Shown piece after piece: positions 16,659-26,809 of a stretch of DNA of 55,456 nucleotides (position 1 is the stretch's first letter; every line of letters begins with the position of its first letter). The translations under genes were made by a program, and so were the position numbers. Where the stretch lies: positions 1 through 55,456 of the forward strand of contig JAHEYJ010000003.1 in assembly GCA_023251675.1 (NCBI GenBank), read 5' to 3'. This stretch comes from Bacteroidota bacterium. GTDB lineage: Bacteria > Bacteroidota > Bacteroidia > Palsa-948. The notes beneath the pieces are model-generated. The model saw only the letters and a list, made by a program, of their open reading frames with translations, ran no database searches and was not told where the DNA came from.

Positions 16659-16742
16659 CTTAGTGCAACTACGTGTTCTTAGTGCCTAAGTGGTAAAGGC
16701 TGTTTCACCACTAAGCCACGCAGGACACTAAGAAACACTAAG
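16659..16742. repeat. CTTAGTG/CACTAAG inverted short-repeat cluster
   Basis: Three CTTAGTG-like units followed by three CACTAAG units in an intergenic gap. Confidence 0.6.
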
Positions 16743-16788
16743 AAAATAATAGCAACTTACTTTTTTCCTTTTACCTTTATACATCCAA

Positions 16789-17511
16789 ATGGAATCCGTC
16801 ATCTCACTCCGCGACATCGGCCGTTCTTATAAAGTAGGAACCGAGGTGATCCACGCACTGCGTTCGGTTACACTGGATATTTATAAAAACGAATACGTGG
16901 CGCTGATGGGCCCGTCCGGTTCCGGAAAATCCACGCTGATGAATACGCTGGGCTGCCTGGATACTCCTTCAAAAGGAGAATACATTTTAAATGGTCATTC
17001 CGTGGCCCGCATGAGCGACAACCAGCTGGCTGAAGTGCGTAACAAAGAAATTGGTTTTGTATTTCAGACATTCAATCTTATGCCTCGCTTATCTGCTTTA
17101 GAAAACGTAACCGTTCCTCTCGTATACTCCGGCATAAATAAAAAAGAAAGGATCCAGCGTGCCATGCAGTCTCTGGAACATGTGGGTCTTGGCGACCGTG
17201 TGAAGCATAAACCGAATGAACTCTCAGGCGGACAGAAACAGCGTGTGGCCGTTGCACGGGCTTTGGTGAACAAGCCTTCCATCATTCTGGCGGATGAACC
17301 TACCGGAAATCTTGACTCAAAAACTTCAGAGGAAATAATGGGATTATTCGAAGAAATTCACAAACAGGGAAATACGATCATCCTCGTTACGCACGAAGAA
17401 GACATTGCCCAGCATGCTCACCGTATCGTGAGATTGAAAGACGGACTGGTGGAATCAGATAAAAAGAATGAAAATATCTTTACAGTTACGAAAGCACAAC
17501 AACTGGCGTAA
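16789..17511 (+). CDS. ABC transporter ATP-binding protein (LolD/MacB-like)
   Basis: [28 protein letters not shown]. Confidence 0.92.
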   Translation: MESVISLRDIGRSYKVGTEVIHALRSVTLDIYKNEYVALMGPSGSGKSTLMNTLGCLDTPSKGEYILNGHSVARMSDNQLAEVRNKEIGFVFQTFNLMPRLSALENVTVPLVYSGINKKERIQRAMQSLEHVGLGDRVKHKPNELSGGQKQRVAVARALVNKPSIILADEPTGNLDSKTSEEIMGLFEEIHKQGNTIILVTHEEDIAQHAHRIVRLKDGLVESDKKNENIFTVTKAQQLA

Positions 17512-18059
17512 TGAAGATCTATACAAAGACAGGTGACAAAGGTGAAACATCATTGCTCGGCGGAACGCGGGTTTCAAAATCTCATATTCGGATTGAGGCA
17601 TACGGCACAGTAGATGAACTGAATTCATGGATCGGCCTGATCCGTGACCAGCCCATAGAGGCAAGCACAAAGAATTTTCTCATTCATATCCAGGACCGGT
17701 TATTCACCCTTGGCTCTCATCTTGCCTCCGACCCACTTAAAAAAGGAATAAAGATTCCGGATATTCATGAGGATAATATCACTGCGCTTGAAAAGGAAAT
17801 GGATAAGATGAATGAATCGCTTCCTGAAATGAAAAATTTTGTTCTGCCCGGCGGCCACAACCTGGTCTCCTATTGCCATATTGCCCGCTGTGTGTGCAGA
17901 AGGGCGGAACGGTGTGTGGTGCTTCTTGCCGGAAAAGAGAAAGTGGAAGAGATCATCATCCGCTACCTGAACCGCCTGTCGGATTATCTGTTTGTGCTCT
18001 CCCGGAAATTTTCACACGGCCTGAAAGCGGAAGAGATCCCCTGGAAACCCCGACCTTAA
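17511..18059 (+). CDS. ATP:cob(I)alamin adenosyltransferase, PduO type
   Basis: [38 protein letters not shown]. Confidence 0.92.
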   Translation: MKIYTKTGDKGETSLLGGTRVSKSHIRIEAYGTVDELNSWIGLIRDQPIEASTKNFLIHIQDRLFTLGSHLASDPLKKGIKIPDIHEDNITALEKEMDKMNESLPEMKNFVLPGGHNLVSYCHIARCVCRRAERCVVLLAGKEKVEEIIIRYLNRLSDYLFVLSRKFSHGLKAEEIPWKPRP

Positions 18060-18226
18060 CCCTGAATCATACGCATTACCCCAGTAAATCGGGGGAGAAA
18101 ATTGCAATAAAATTTTTTCACTTTTCCTTTGGCCGGTAACAGAAATTTTTATCTTCGCGCACGATTTGACCAAGGTCAAAAACTTTTTTCAGAAAATCAT
18201 TCGTTAACAAATAAAACTGCCCCAAC

Positions 18227-18448
18227 ATGTACTGGACTCTCGAATTAGCCTCTTACCTTGAAGACGCTCCCTGGCCAGCCACCAAAGACGAACTGATTGA
18301 CTTTGCTCTCCGGACAGGTACGCCGATGGAAGTGATCGAAAATCTTCAGGAGATCGAAGACGATGAAGAGGTATTTGAATCCATTGATGATATCTGGCCT
18401 GACTATCCTACCAAAGAGGATTTCTTCTTCAACGAAGACGAGTACTAG
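18227..18448 (+). CDS. DUF2795 family protein
   Basis: MYWTLELASYLEDAPWPATKDELID, a conserved small Bacteroidota protein. Confidence 0.85.
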   Translation: MYWTLELASYLEDAPWPATKDELIDFALRTGTPMEVIENLQEIEDDEEVFESIDDIWPDYPTKEDFFFNEDEY

Positions 18449-18878
18449 GTTACGAATAGCGAATCATTTACGAATATTACAAATCATTGCCGGAAGCGGC
18501 TGCTTATACGTAACATTCGTAACGATTGGTAATTGGCAAACCTAATTGTCCCGCAGATCCACCACTTACGAATAACGAATCTTTACGAAGAGTACAAATC
18601 ACAGCAGTAAGCGGCTGCTTATACGTAACATTCGTAACGATTGGTAATTGGTAAACCTAATTGCCCCACAGATCTGCCACTTACGAAGAGTACAAATCAC
18701 AGCAGGAAGCGGCTGCGTATTCGTAACATTCGTAAATGATTGGTAATTGGCAAACCTAATTGCCCCACAGATCTGCCACTTACGAATAGTACGAATCACA
18801 GCAGGAAGCGGCTGCGTATTCGTAACATTCGTAAATGATTGGTAATTGGTAAACCTAATTGTCCCGCAGATCCACCAC
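18447..18878. repeat. Four imperfect tandem repeats (periods 115, 98, 99 bp), each carrying a copy of the lolA 3' end
   Basis: AAGCGGCTGC at 18494, 18609, 18707, 18806. CTAATTG..CAGATC..CCAC at 18542, 18657, 18756, 18855. Confidence 0.9.
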
Positions 18879-19541
18879 CTCCACTCCTTTGTAATCTTCC
18901 TTGTTGAAGGTGAACATGGCATCCGGCATATCTGAGTTGGTTACAAAGTTCTTCACCGTAATGGTATTGGATGTTCCGTTCTTGTTCATGATCTTTACGG
19001 CAATGATCTGCTTCTTTGTCTTATCAATGGTGAGGCGGATGGTATGGTAAGCTTTTTTGTCGGGATCCAACGGATAAAGGTTTATTACGTCGACTTTCGC
19101 ACCTCCGACAACATCTTCCTTTTCATACTTATACTTATACCCTTTTTCATACAGAGTAAAAATATTTACCGGGTTGATGTTGTCCGTTGCTTTGGGATCA
19201 GGAGCGTTGTTCACCTGCACTTCATTGGATTCCTTGATGTAGGTCCATTGGGTTTTGCTGTCGCAAAATATAGTCTGCCCTTTGAAACCCAGTTTGTATT
19301 TTGATCCTTTAAGTTCGAGCGTGCCGGACTGGGTTTCTGTGACTTTTGACTCCACATTGGTCACCTGTTTTTCGGTAGAATTGGTAAACTCTGTTTTAAT
19401 GGAAGTATAGGTTTTCGTTTGTTTCGCAACCTCATCAAGTATTGCTTTTGCCTTTGCATCGATCACTTCTTTTGGCTGTTGTGCGAAAGAAGTGGTTGAA
19501 ATAAATAATAATGCTGTCAGAAAGGAAAATAAATTGCGCAT
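18855..19541 (-). CDS. lolA: Outer-membrane lipoprotein carrier LolA-like protein
   Basis: Signal peptide, KAKAILD, GSKYKL...DSKTQWTY...NEVQV, C-terminal VVDLR. Lies downstream of ftsK. Confidence 0.8.
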   Translation of the reverse strand: MRNLFSFLTALLFISTTSFAQQPKEVIDAKAKAILDEVAKQTKTYTSIKTEFTNSTEKQVTNVESKVTETQSGTLELKGSKYKLGFKGQTIFCDSKTQWTYIKESNEVQVNNAPDPKATDNINPVNIFTLYEKGYKYKYEKEDVVGGAKVDVINLYPLDPDKKAYHTIRLTIDKTKKQIIAVKIMNKNGTSNTITVKNFVTNSDMPDAMFTFNKEDYKGVEVVDLRDN

Positions 19542-19560
19542 ATTATTCGCCAGGTTAAAT

Positions 19561-22269
19561 TTAGAGGTTGCCATTTATGCCGGGGATATCATTTTCCGAT
19601 GACCTAGACAATAACTGTTCCAAAGCAGCCGGATCTTTAATAAGTACTTCACGCGCTTTACTGCCTTTAAAAGGTCCAATAATATGGGCTGCTTCCAGTT
19701 GGTCCACAATTCTGCCGGCGCGGTTGTAACCCAGTTTAAGTTTTCGCTGCAATAACGATGCTGAACCCTGCTGGTGCGTAACGACGATGCGTGCTGCCTC
19801 TTCAAAGAAAGCATCTCTGTCTGATGAGTCAAGCTCTCCCATTTCATCTGCGTTCTCATCTATGTATTCCGGAAGTTGAAACGCTTGCGGATAGGCACGC
19901 TGGTTACCAATGAAATCGGTTACATTCTCTACTTCAGAAGTATCCACAAACGGACATTGTAAACGGATCAGTTCGCTGCCTAATGAGAAGAGCATGTCTC
20001 CTTTTCCTACCAGCTGGTCGGCACCACCTTCGTCGAGAATTGTGCGTGAGTCTATCTTTGATTGTACCCGGAAGGCGATCCGAGCAGGGAAGTTCGCTTT
20101 GATGAGACCTGTTACCACGTTCACTGACGGGCGCTGTGTGGCGATGATAAGATGGATCCCGGTGGCGCGGGCAACAGCAGCCAGCCGTGTAAGAGGCGTT
20201 TCTATTTCCTTTCCGGCCTGTGCGATCAGATCTCCAAATTCATCCACAACCACTACTATATAAGGAAGAAACTTATGTCCTTTCTTCGGGTTCAGTTTCC
20301 TGGCAATGAATTTTGTATTGTATTCTTTTACATTCCGGACCATCGCCGTATTGAAAAGAGTCAAACGGTCATCCATCTCCATACAGAGCGACTTGAGCGT
20401 ATGGATCACTTTTGTTGTGTCGGTGATGATGGCGCTTTCCGAATTAGGAAGCATGGCCAGGAAATGCCTTTCGATCTTATTGAAGAGTGTAAGTTCAACG
20501 CGTTTCGGGTCGATCAATACAAACTTTACCTGGGCAGGATGTTTTTTATAAAGAAGCGACGTGAGGATCACATTCAGCCCTACTGATTTACCCTGGCCGG
20601 TTGTTCCGGCAACGAGCAAGTGAGGCATTTTGGTCAGATCCGCTATAAAGGTTTCGTTCGAGATCGTTTTTCCTAAGCCAAACGGCAATTCAAAATTGGT
20701 GCTCTGAAACCGTTCAGAAGCGATGATGGAACGCATGGAAACCAATTCGGGGTTCCGGTTGGGAACTTCAATGCCGATGGTTCCTTTTCCGGGCATGGGC
20801 GCGATGATGCGGATGCCGAGTGCCGCCAGCGAAAGAGCGATATCGTCTTCCAGGTTCTTGATCTTTGAAATGCGCACACCTTCCGCCGGTATGATCTCGT
20901 AAAGCGTAACGGTCGGGCCAATGGTCGCTTTGATCTTTGCTATCTCAATCCCGAAATTTTTGAGCGTGCTCAGGATCCGGTCTTTGTTGGCGACCAGTTC
21001 TTCCTGGTTTACGGTTGCTTCACTCTGCCCGTAATCTTTCAGAAGATCGATGGATGGTTTCTGGTAATCGGAAAGCTCAAGCGTAGGATCAAATTCACCG
21101 AAGGAAGAAAGGTCGTCTTCGTTTTCTTCAACAACCGCCTCTTCTTTTGCTTTTGCAACGGTGAACTGAACCTTCTCATCACCCGTTTTTTCTTCTTCCG
21201 TTTCTTCCGTAGTTTCAGGCACCATTTCAAAGGAGATCGGTTTCTGTTCCACAATTATTTCCGGTTCATGAATGGATTCCACTAAAGGAAGTTCTTCTTT
21301 TGATTCCGGCTTCTTCTCTGAAACCGGTTCCATCCCAAATACTTCCATGTGAACGTTTTTAGCAGGGAGCACTTCCTCTTCCTCCATGGCATCAAGCGAT
21401 TCCATCTGGGCTTCCGCCGGTTTACTTCTGAACCAGTCAAACGCATAGTTGAACGATATCGCCATAAACCCAAAGAACGTGAACACCATCAAAAATCCGG
21501 TTCCGATGATGCCGAGTGTATTGTTCAGCCATAGGCTGGATTGATAGCCGAACGTGCCGCCAAGGAAAAAATAATCGTTATGAAAAATATATCCGAGCCC
21601 GACAGAGCTCCAAATCATGATGAAGGCGGATCTTTTGAAAAAATTTCTTAATGGGAACAGGGATGTTTTAAAAAGTATTCTGAACCCGGCAAGAAAAGCA
21701 AAGGCGACAAAAAAGTAAGAGGCGACACCGAATCCTTTATGAATAAAAAGGTGGGAAACAACAGCTCCCACTTTTCCAAGCCAGTTTTCAACGCCCGTTT
21801 GCGCAAGAGGCGCTGCGGTTTCATCAGAAGCAAAAAACAAATGCCTCCACGAACCCATTACTTTATCCTGATCGGCCTGCCAGGTGAACAGGAACGAAGT
21901 AAAAGCGACGAGCAAATAAATAGAGGCAAGAATCAGGGTTAAGCCCGCGATCTTGTGCAAGCGCTCATCTTTGAAAAAATTAATTACCGGCTGAAGAGGG
22001 TTTACCTTCTCCTTCGGTGCTTTGCGTTTGCGTTTAGGCTGGGCAGGAGATTCGCTTTCATCTTCGGAATTTTCAACTACCGTCTCCTTGCGGGCTGCGT
22101 TCTTCGCGCGGGGTTTTTCCTCTTCTTCCGTTTCATCTTCTATCAGGTTGCCCTCCTCTTCCGTATCTTCTTCCTCAACAGCCTTCTGCTTGCGCGATTT
22201 TCTGAACTCATTGCGGGCCGCCTTGAACTTATTGGTTGAGGAGGTTATTTCAATTTCGTCTTCTGCCAT
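19561..22269 (-). CDS. ftsK: DNA translocase FtsK
   Basis: 4TM region, MPHLLVAGTTGQGKS, VDEFGDL, ATQRPS, gamma domain LQRKLKLGYNRAGR. Start placed at MAEDEIE. Confidence 0.95.
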   Translation of the reverse strand: MAEDEIEITSSTNKFKAARNEFRKSRKQKAVEEEDTEEEGNLIEDETEEEEKPRAKNAARKETVVENSEDESESPAQPKRKRKAPKEKVNPLQPVINFFKDERLHKIAGLTLILASIYLLVAFTSFLFTWQADQDKVMGSWRHLFFASDETAAPLAQTGVENWLGKVGAVVSHLFIHKGFGVASYFFVAFAFLAGFRILFKTSLFPLRNFFKRSAFIMIWSSVGLGYIFHNDYFFLGGTFGYQSSLWLNNTLGIIGTGFLMVFTFFGFMAISFNYAFDWFRSKPAEAQMESLDAMEEEEVLPAKNVHMEVFGMEPVSEKKPESKEELPLVESIHEPEIIVEQKPISFEMVPETTEETEEEKTGDEKVQFTVAKAKEEAVVEENEDDLSSFGEFDPTLELSDYQKPSIDLLKDYGQSEATVNQEELVANKDRILSTLKNFGIEIAKIKATIGPTVTLYEIIPAEGVRISKIKNLEDDIALSLAALGIRIIAPMPGKGTIGIEVPNRNPELVSMRSIIASERFQSTNFELPFGLGKTISNETFIADLTKMPHLLVAGTTGQGKSVGLNVILTSLLYKKHPAQVKFVLIDPKRVELTLFNKIERHFLAMLPNSESAIITDTTKVIHTLKSLCMEMDDRLTLFNTAMVRNVKEYNTKFIARKLNPKKGHKFLPYIVVVVDEFGDLIAQAGKEIETPLTRLAAVARATGIHLIIATQRPSVNVVTGLIKANFPARIAFRVQSKIDSRTILDEGGADQLVGKGDMLFSLGSELIRLQCPFVDTSEVENVTDFIGNQRAYPQAFQLPEYIDENADEMGELDSSDRDAFFEEAARIVVTHQQGSASLLQRKLKLGYNRAGRIVDQLEAAHIIGPFKGSKAREVLIKDPAALEQLLSRSSENDIPGINGNL

Positions 22270-22451
22270 GTTGAATGAAGTAAAATCCTTGCCATCTGCA
22301 GGGATGAATTCATGTTTGATTTCATCAAAAATAGGAAGCAATAACTGTATGAACTTTATCATAGGGTATTACTTGTTAACGAGCAGATGTTAAGAAAGAG
22401 AAGCAGAGAAGGAAGTCGATTTCCTTAAAACGTGAAGCAGGATGTAATATT

Positions 22452-23168
22452 TCAGTTCCCGGAAGGGTTCAGTTCAATAAGGATTTTTTCCAATTCGGGG
22501 AAAGGGATCTTCTTGTGATCATCCGTAATCACAAAGACATTGTCATCAATTTCCTGGGCTACCACCTGTTTAGCTTTCAGATGCATCGCAAGGCCATAAC
22601 GCTCCATTTGAAAATCCATAAGTACTCCATCTATTTTCTTGTAAGGGTTAGACCAGTTCGGGTTAGTAATGCCGATATCGTTGGTATAATAGGCATATAT
22701 GGTTTCTCCGCTCTTTAATGTTACAATGGCTTCTTTGCATTTAAAACCGGCAAGTTCCTTTACATTCTTGCCCGCTTCTACTTTGCTGATATAATCTGAA
22801 TTCATCTTATTCATTTCCTCTTCCGTGATCTGAGCAGCATATTTCTTATTGATAAGGGTGAGTGTTTGGGCAACCGATTTTGAAGATTGTTTCGAAATAT
22901 AAGTAATGCTGATGAGCCCCATCATTCCCGACATATCGTTCACCATATCATTATTCTTGAAACGGAGGTATGCTTTATCCGGCAAGCCCTGCACCATCAT
23001 GCTGTTGGGATCCATCTTCGGATACGTGATGTCATATTCAATTACGCCTTCAGAAATAACTTTCCCTCCGATAATTTTTTTGAAAAGTTTTCCGTCTTTA
23101 TAGAAATAAAGAAAAACTGCAGTACCCGCCACTAAAAGGAGGAAAATCAGGAATAACTTCTTCTTCAT
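22452..23168 (-). CDS. Membrane-anchored GLPGLI/DUF4412-like protein
   Basis: EGVIEYDITY, KELAGFKCKEA, YYTNDI, IDGVLMDF. Confidence 0.6.
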   Translation of the reverse strand: MKKKLFLIFLLLVAGTAVFLYFYKDGKLFKKIIGGKVISEGVIEYDITYPKMDPNSMMVQGLPDKAYLRFKNNDMVNDMSGMMGLISITYISKQSSKSVAQTLTLINKKYAAQITEEEMNKMNSDYISKVEAGKNVKELAGFKCKEAIVTLKSGETIYAYYTNDIGITNPNWSNPYKKIDGVLMDFQMERYGLAMHLKAKQVVAQEIDDNVFVITDDHKKIPFPELEKILIELNPSGN

Positions 23169-23389
23169 AAATAATACCCGCTTTTTATAAAGGGCAAATA
23201 TAAGCGCATAATTTAATCATACGATATTACAATAGAAATATGTTTTTGCCTAATATTTGTAAAAATCAGCTATTTGCAAATCACTGATATATTTTTACCT
23301 TTGATATCCTTTGCATGCATCTTCAAAAGTTAATGCAACTTATATCGGATGAGTTACATCTATTTTAATCAAACGCTAAAACAATTACT

Positions 23390-24331
23390 ATGAAAAAACC
23401 ATTACTTACCTTTTTGATTTCAGGAGCAATGACAATAGGTTTTGCTCAATCTCCAACTTTTGATTTTGAAAACTGGACTGGCACCGGAGCAAACATTGAA
23501 CCCACCGGATGGTTAAGTGAAAATGCCGTCGTACTGCCTCCACTTTATAATAATCCGCAGTCGGTGTTTCAAGCAACCGGAGCGGATGTGCATAGCGGTA
23601 CTTACGCTATGAAGATCCTTTCTGTGTTAATGACGAGTCCTGTCGCCGGGCTGCCAAATCCTATCGGGCTGGCAGCGCCCGGTCAGTTAGCCGGCTTTGC
23701 ACCTAAATTTGGCTATCCCAATTCCTTACGCCCAAATACCATGACATTCTGGTGTAAGTATACGCCTGCTGCTGGTGACACCGCCGAATGCGGCATAACC
23801 ATGTGGAAAGGAACAGATACAATCGCCACAGGTATCTGGAAATTAAGTTCTGCTATTGGCACCTATACACAGCAAACCGTTACTTTGGTTTATAATCCTG
23901 CTTTCTCAACGGAACAACCCGATTCAATGGGTTTGACTTTTTCCTCTACCCGATTACTGAATCCAAATTACACCTTGTGCTCCAATTGCGGAACAGCAGG
24001 CAGCATTCTTTGGATCGATGATATTGCATTCAACGGATGGAACGGCATAAACGAAAACCCAGGCGCTGAAGGCGTTACGTTGTTCCCTAACCCGGCAAAA
24101 GATCAGGCAACGATTTATGTTGATGCGCTCAATGAGGCGTTCTCCGTAATAACATTTGATGCGTTGGGCAGGGTGGTTTCGTCAACTCCGCTTGCTTCCT
24201 CTACGAATGGAATGAACCGCAAGAACGGTGTGATCAATACCTCCGGGATGTCAGCAGGATTATATTCCTATTCTGTAAATGACAAGAACGGAAAACCGCT
24301 TCGGTCCGGTAAGTTCAGTGTTGTGAAATAA
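23390..24331 (+). CDS. Secreted protein with T9SS type A C-terminal domain
   Basis: Signal peptide, DFENW..., and C-terminal LFPNPA...DALGR...GLYSY...KFSVVK. Confidence 0.85.
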   Translation: MKKPLLTFLISGAMTIGFAQSPTFDFENWTGTGANIEPTGWLSENAVVLPPLYNNPQSVFQATGADVHSGTYAMKILSVLMTSPVAGLPNPIGLAAPGQLAGFAPKFGYPNSLRPNTMTFWCKYTPAAGDTAECGITMWKGTDTIATGIWKLSSAIGTYTQQTVTLVYNPAFSTEQPDSMGLTFSSTRLLNPNYTLCSNCGTAGSILWIDDIAFNGWNGINENPGAEGVTLFPNPAKDQATIYVDALNEAFSVITFDALGRVVSSTPLASSTNGMNRKNGVINTSGMSAGLYSYSVNDKNGKPLRSGKFSVVK

Positions 24332-24352
24332 AAAGAACCTTTGATAAAAAAG

Positions 24353-24382
24353 AAACCCCGGCATTCCTGCCGGGGTTTTTTA
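24353..24382 (+). terminator. Rho-independent terminator
   Basis: AAACCCCGGCA-TTCC-TGCCGGGGTTT followed by a T run. Confidence 0.85.
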
Positions 24383-24400
24383 TTTCCAATTTTCAAAAAT

Positions 24401-24438
24401 AAAAAAGGCGCTCTGATTTTGTTCAGAACGCCTTTTTT
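24401..24438 (-). terminator. Rho-independent terminator of the SWIB gene
   Basis: Minus strand GGCGTTCTGA-loop-TCAGAGCGCC followed by a T run. Confidence 0.8.
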
Positions 24439-24454
24439 TTAAACCGAAAGAAGA

Positions 24455-24721
24455 TTACTTCTTGAGGTGCTTAGAAACGAGCGATGTCATTTCGAACATG
24501 CTAACTGTTTTCTTTCCGCCGAAGATGGCTTTAAGTGTGTCGTCCGCATTGATGTTGCGACGGTTCTTTTTGTCCTGAAGATTGTGCTTCTTGATGTACG
24601 CCCACATTTTTTTTGCTACTTCGGTGCGTGGAAGTGGTTTGCTGCCAGTTACGGGTGCAAGTGTTGCGCTGGGAGTGAGGGGCGCCATGAATTTTGCGTT
24701 CGGTTTTCTTTTTGCTGCCAT
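24455..24721 (-). CDS. Stand-alone SWIB/MDM2 domain protein
   Basis: PRTEVAKKMWAYIKKHNLQDKKNRRNINAD...VSMFEM. Confidence 0.9.
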   Translation of the reverse strand: MAAKRKPNAKFMAPLTPSATLAPVTGSKPLPRTEVAKKMWAYIKKHNLQDKKNRRNINADDTLKAIFGGKKTVSMFEMTSLVSKHLKK

Positions 24722-24878
24722 TGTGTTTTTGTTTTAATTGTTAAACGTTGTTGTTTAATAAAGCGAAAATAGGTCAATTCCCCTGTGATTCCATAGGGAA
24801 AACTCGATTGTTGATAACTTTTTCATAGGGAAAACTGAAAAACTCCCTATGAGATTCCTGCCTTTGCCGGCAGTCAGG

Positions 24879-25520
24879 TCATTTTTTTCTGGAAATCATG
24901 AGCCCGTCCCGCAGGGGAAACAGCACATTTTCCACCCTGGAATCGGTCTGTATCTTATGATTATAATCATGGAGCGCTTTCGTCTCAATGTCCATTTTCA
25001 TAGGGGAATTGAGGATTTTCCCGCTCCAGAGCACATTATCCGCTATGATAAAACCACCTTGCCTGACTCGGGGAAACACCAGGTCATAGTAGATGCTGTA
25101 GTTCTCCTTATCGGCATCGATAAATACCAGGTCGAACTCCTCTTTCAGGGCGGGTAAGATATTAACAGCGTCCCCTATATGAAGCGTGATTTTCCCCTGT
25201 AAACCTGCTTCCTTTATATATCGTGTGATGATTTTCTTAAACTCTTCATTCACATCAATGGTATGCAACAGGCCTCCTTCCTGCAATCCCTGGGCCAGGC
25301 AAATGGCAGAATACCCTGTGAAAGTTCCGATCTCCAGGATATTTTTGGGCCGGATCATCTTGCTGAAGAACTGCAGCATGAGTCCCTGCATATGTCCTGA
25401 AAGCATCTGTGGCATGGTCATTTTCAAATGTGTTTCGCGGTTCAGGCGCTTCAGCACTTCCAACTCAGCATCTGAATTCTTTAACGCGTAATCTTCTATA
25501 TCCTTTGGGAGAAAATTCAT
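24879..25520 (-). CDS. O-methyltransferase (caffeoyl-CoA OMT-like)
   Basis: LEIGTFTGYSA, FIDADKENY, ADNVLWSG, RDGL. Confidence 0.9.
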   Translation of the reverse strand: MNFLPKDIEDYALKNSDAELEVLKRLNRETHLKMTMPQMLSGHMQGLMLQFFSKMIRPKNILEIGTFTGYSAICLAQGLQEGGLLHTIDVNEEFKKIITRYIKEAGLQGKITLHIGDAVNILPALKEEFDLVFIDADKENYSIYYDLVFPRVRQGGFIIADNVLWSGKILNSPMKMDIETKALHDYNHKIQTDSRVENVLFPLRDGLMISRKK

Positions 25521-25525
25521 AGTAA

Positions 25526-25873
25526 TTATTTTTCTTTTTCTTCTAAATGAAATTTATGTAAGAAGCGATGCGCAACGGGTGAAAGAACAAAAGCAATCGT
25601 AGTGAGGAATACCACCCCGCTGAAAAGCGCATAGAACGATGCGAATAATTTTCCGGCGGCAGTTATCATTGGGTTTACAGGGCCCATTCCGGTGAGGATC
25701 ATGGAAGCGTTGAGCAATGAATCAAGCCATCCTATGTTCTCCGTGAAATGATAGCCAAGGATCCCAATGAAAAGAGAAAATGCCACGATCACTCCTCCCC
25801 ATAAAAAATTCCAGAATAAACGCTGATAGAATTTCTTCTTCGGAAGAAGCGGATGGGTATGATGTTCGTACAT
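25526..25873 (-). CDS. Small 2-TM membrane protein (ion-channel pore-like layout)
   Basis: TM, then WLDSLLNASMILTGMG, then AGKLFASFYALFSG TM. Confidence 0.6.
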   Translation of the reverse strand: MYEHHTHPLLPKKKFYQRLFWNFLWGGVIVAFSLFIGILGYHFTENIGWLDSLLNASMILTGMGPVNPMITAAGKLFASFYALFSGVVFLTTIAFVLSPVAHRFLHKFHLEEKEK

Positions 25874-25902
25874 AAGATCAGAATAAGGTTGATGTATTAT
25901 AA

Positions 25903-26763
25903 TTATTTATTGGAAACTACTGCCAGTTTTTTCCCATCCGGACTGATCGCTATTCGTGTAATTTTTGCCAGGCCGTATGAACTGAAATTAACGATCTCAT
26001 CGGCACCTTCTTTACTGCTCATGTATCCAGAAACAATTGTGTTATCAGAACAGGACCAAATTTCATTTGTTCCTCTAAAACAATAATCTTCGCTTTCGAT
26101 CACTCCTTTTAATAGGGAAGTCTTCGACTTAAAGGAGTATTCAAAGACATTATTAAAGTGCCCGGACGAAGTAGTGTACCATAAATTTCCATTGTGCATC
26201 CGCATACACCTGCCGATACTGTCGGCAATAATTTTTGCCTTCTGTGTATGAATGTTTGCAATTTGCAACGTGAAAGCCGGTTTTGTCAACACATGAACAG
26301 CAACACTGTCTTTATTTATCCAATAAAAATAGCCGATGGAATCCACAGTCTTCATGATGCATTCCGGCGATCCACCCGCTAGAGGAAATTTCCATAAACG
26401 CTGTGCCGAATCTTTCTCCACCATCACTACCGAAACATATTTCCCGTCAGGACTAAAAGTAGGTGAGTATTCGCTGGCAGGTGTTTTAGTGAACCGGGTG
26501 GTTTTTTTTGTAGTCAGGTCATACCTATATATATCGGTAGTTCCGGTACTGTCACGCTGAGAAGAAAAGAGGATGTACTTCCCGTCAGGTGAAAAGGCAG
26601 GTTGATTGTCATAACCTTTCCGGTTGGTGATATTTTCTCCATTCCGGGTCAATATTTTCCCTGCACTGTCTTTGATGTCGAAAAGCCAAATGTCACCATC
26701 CGGCAGCTGACAAAATAAATAAGAAGTAAGAAGTAGGAAGACAGATGTAAATATCCATTTCAT
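25903..26763 (-). CDS. TolB-like/PD40 beta-propeller protein
   Basis: YDNQPAFSPDGK, EYSPTFSPDGK, ISPDGKKLAVV, plus a signal peptide. Confidence 0.8.
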   Translation of the reverse strand: MKWIFTSVFLLLTSYLFCQLPDGDIWLFDIKDSAGKILTRNGENITNRKGYDNQPAFSPDGKYILFSSQRDSTGTTDIYRYDLTTKKTTRFTKTPASEYSPTFSPDGKYVSVVMVEKDSAQRLWKFPLAGGSPECIMKTVDSIGYFYWINKDSVAVHVLTKPAFTLQIANIHTQKAKIIADSIGRCMRMHNGNLWYTTSSGHFNNVFEYSFKSKTSLLKGVIESEDYCFRGTNEIWSCSDNTIVSGYMSSKEGADEIVNFSSYGLAKITRIAISPDGKKLAVVSNK

Positions 26764-26809
26764 GAATCAATATTACAAAGAAAATCTATCTTCGAATAAA
26801 ATATTAAGG

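Noticed and set aside
18447-18878. CRISPR array
   Set aside because: Whole units are near-identical with no unique spacers, they include the lolA 3' end, and no cas genes are in the window.
18599-18922. 107-aa ORF with repeated peptide
   Set aside because: It is a translation of the tandem DNA repeat and overlaps lolA.
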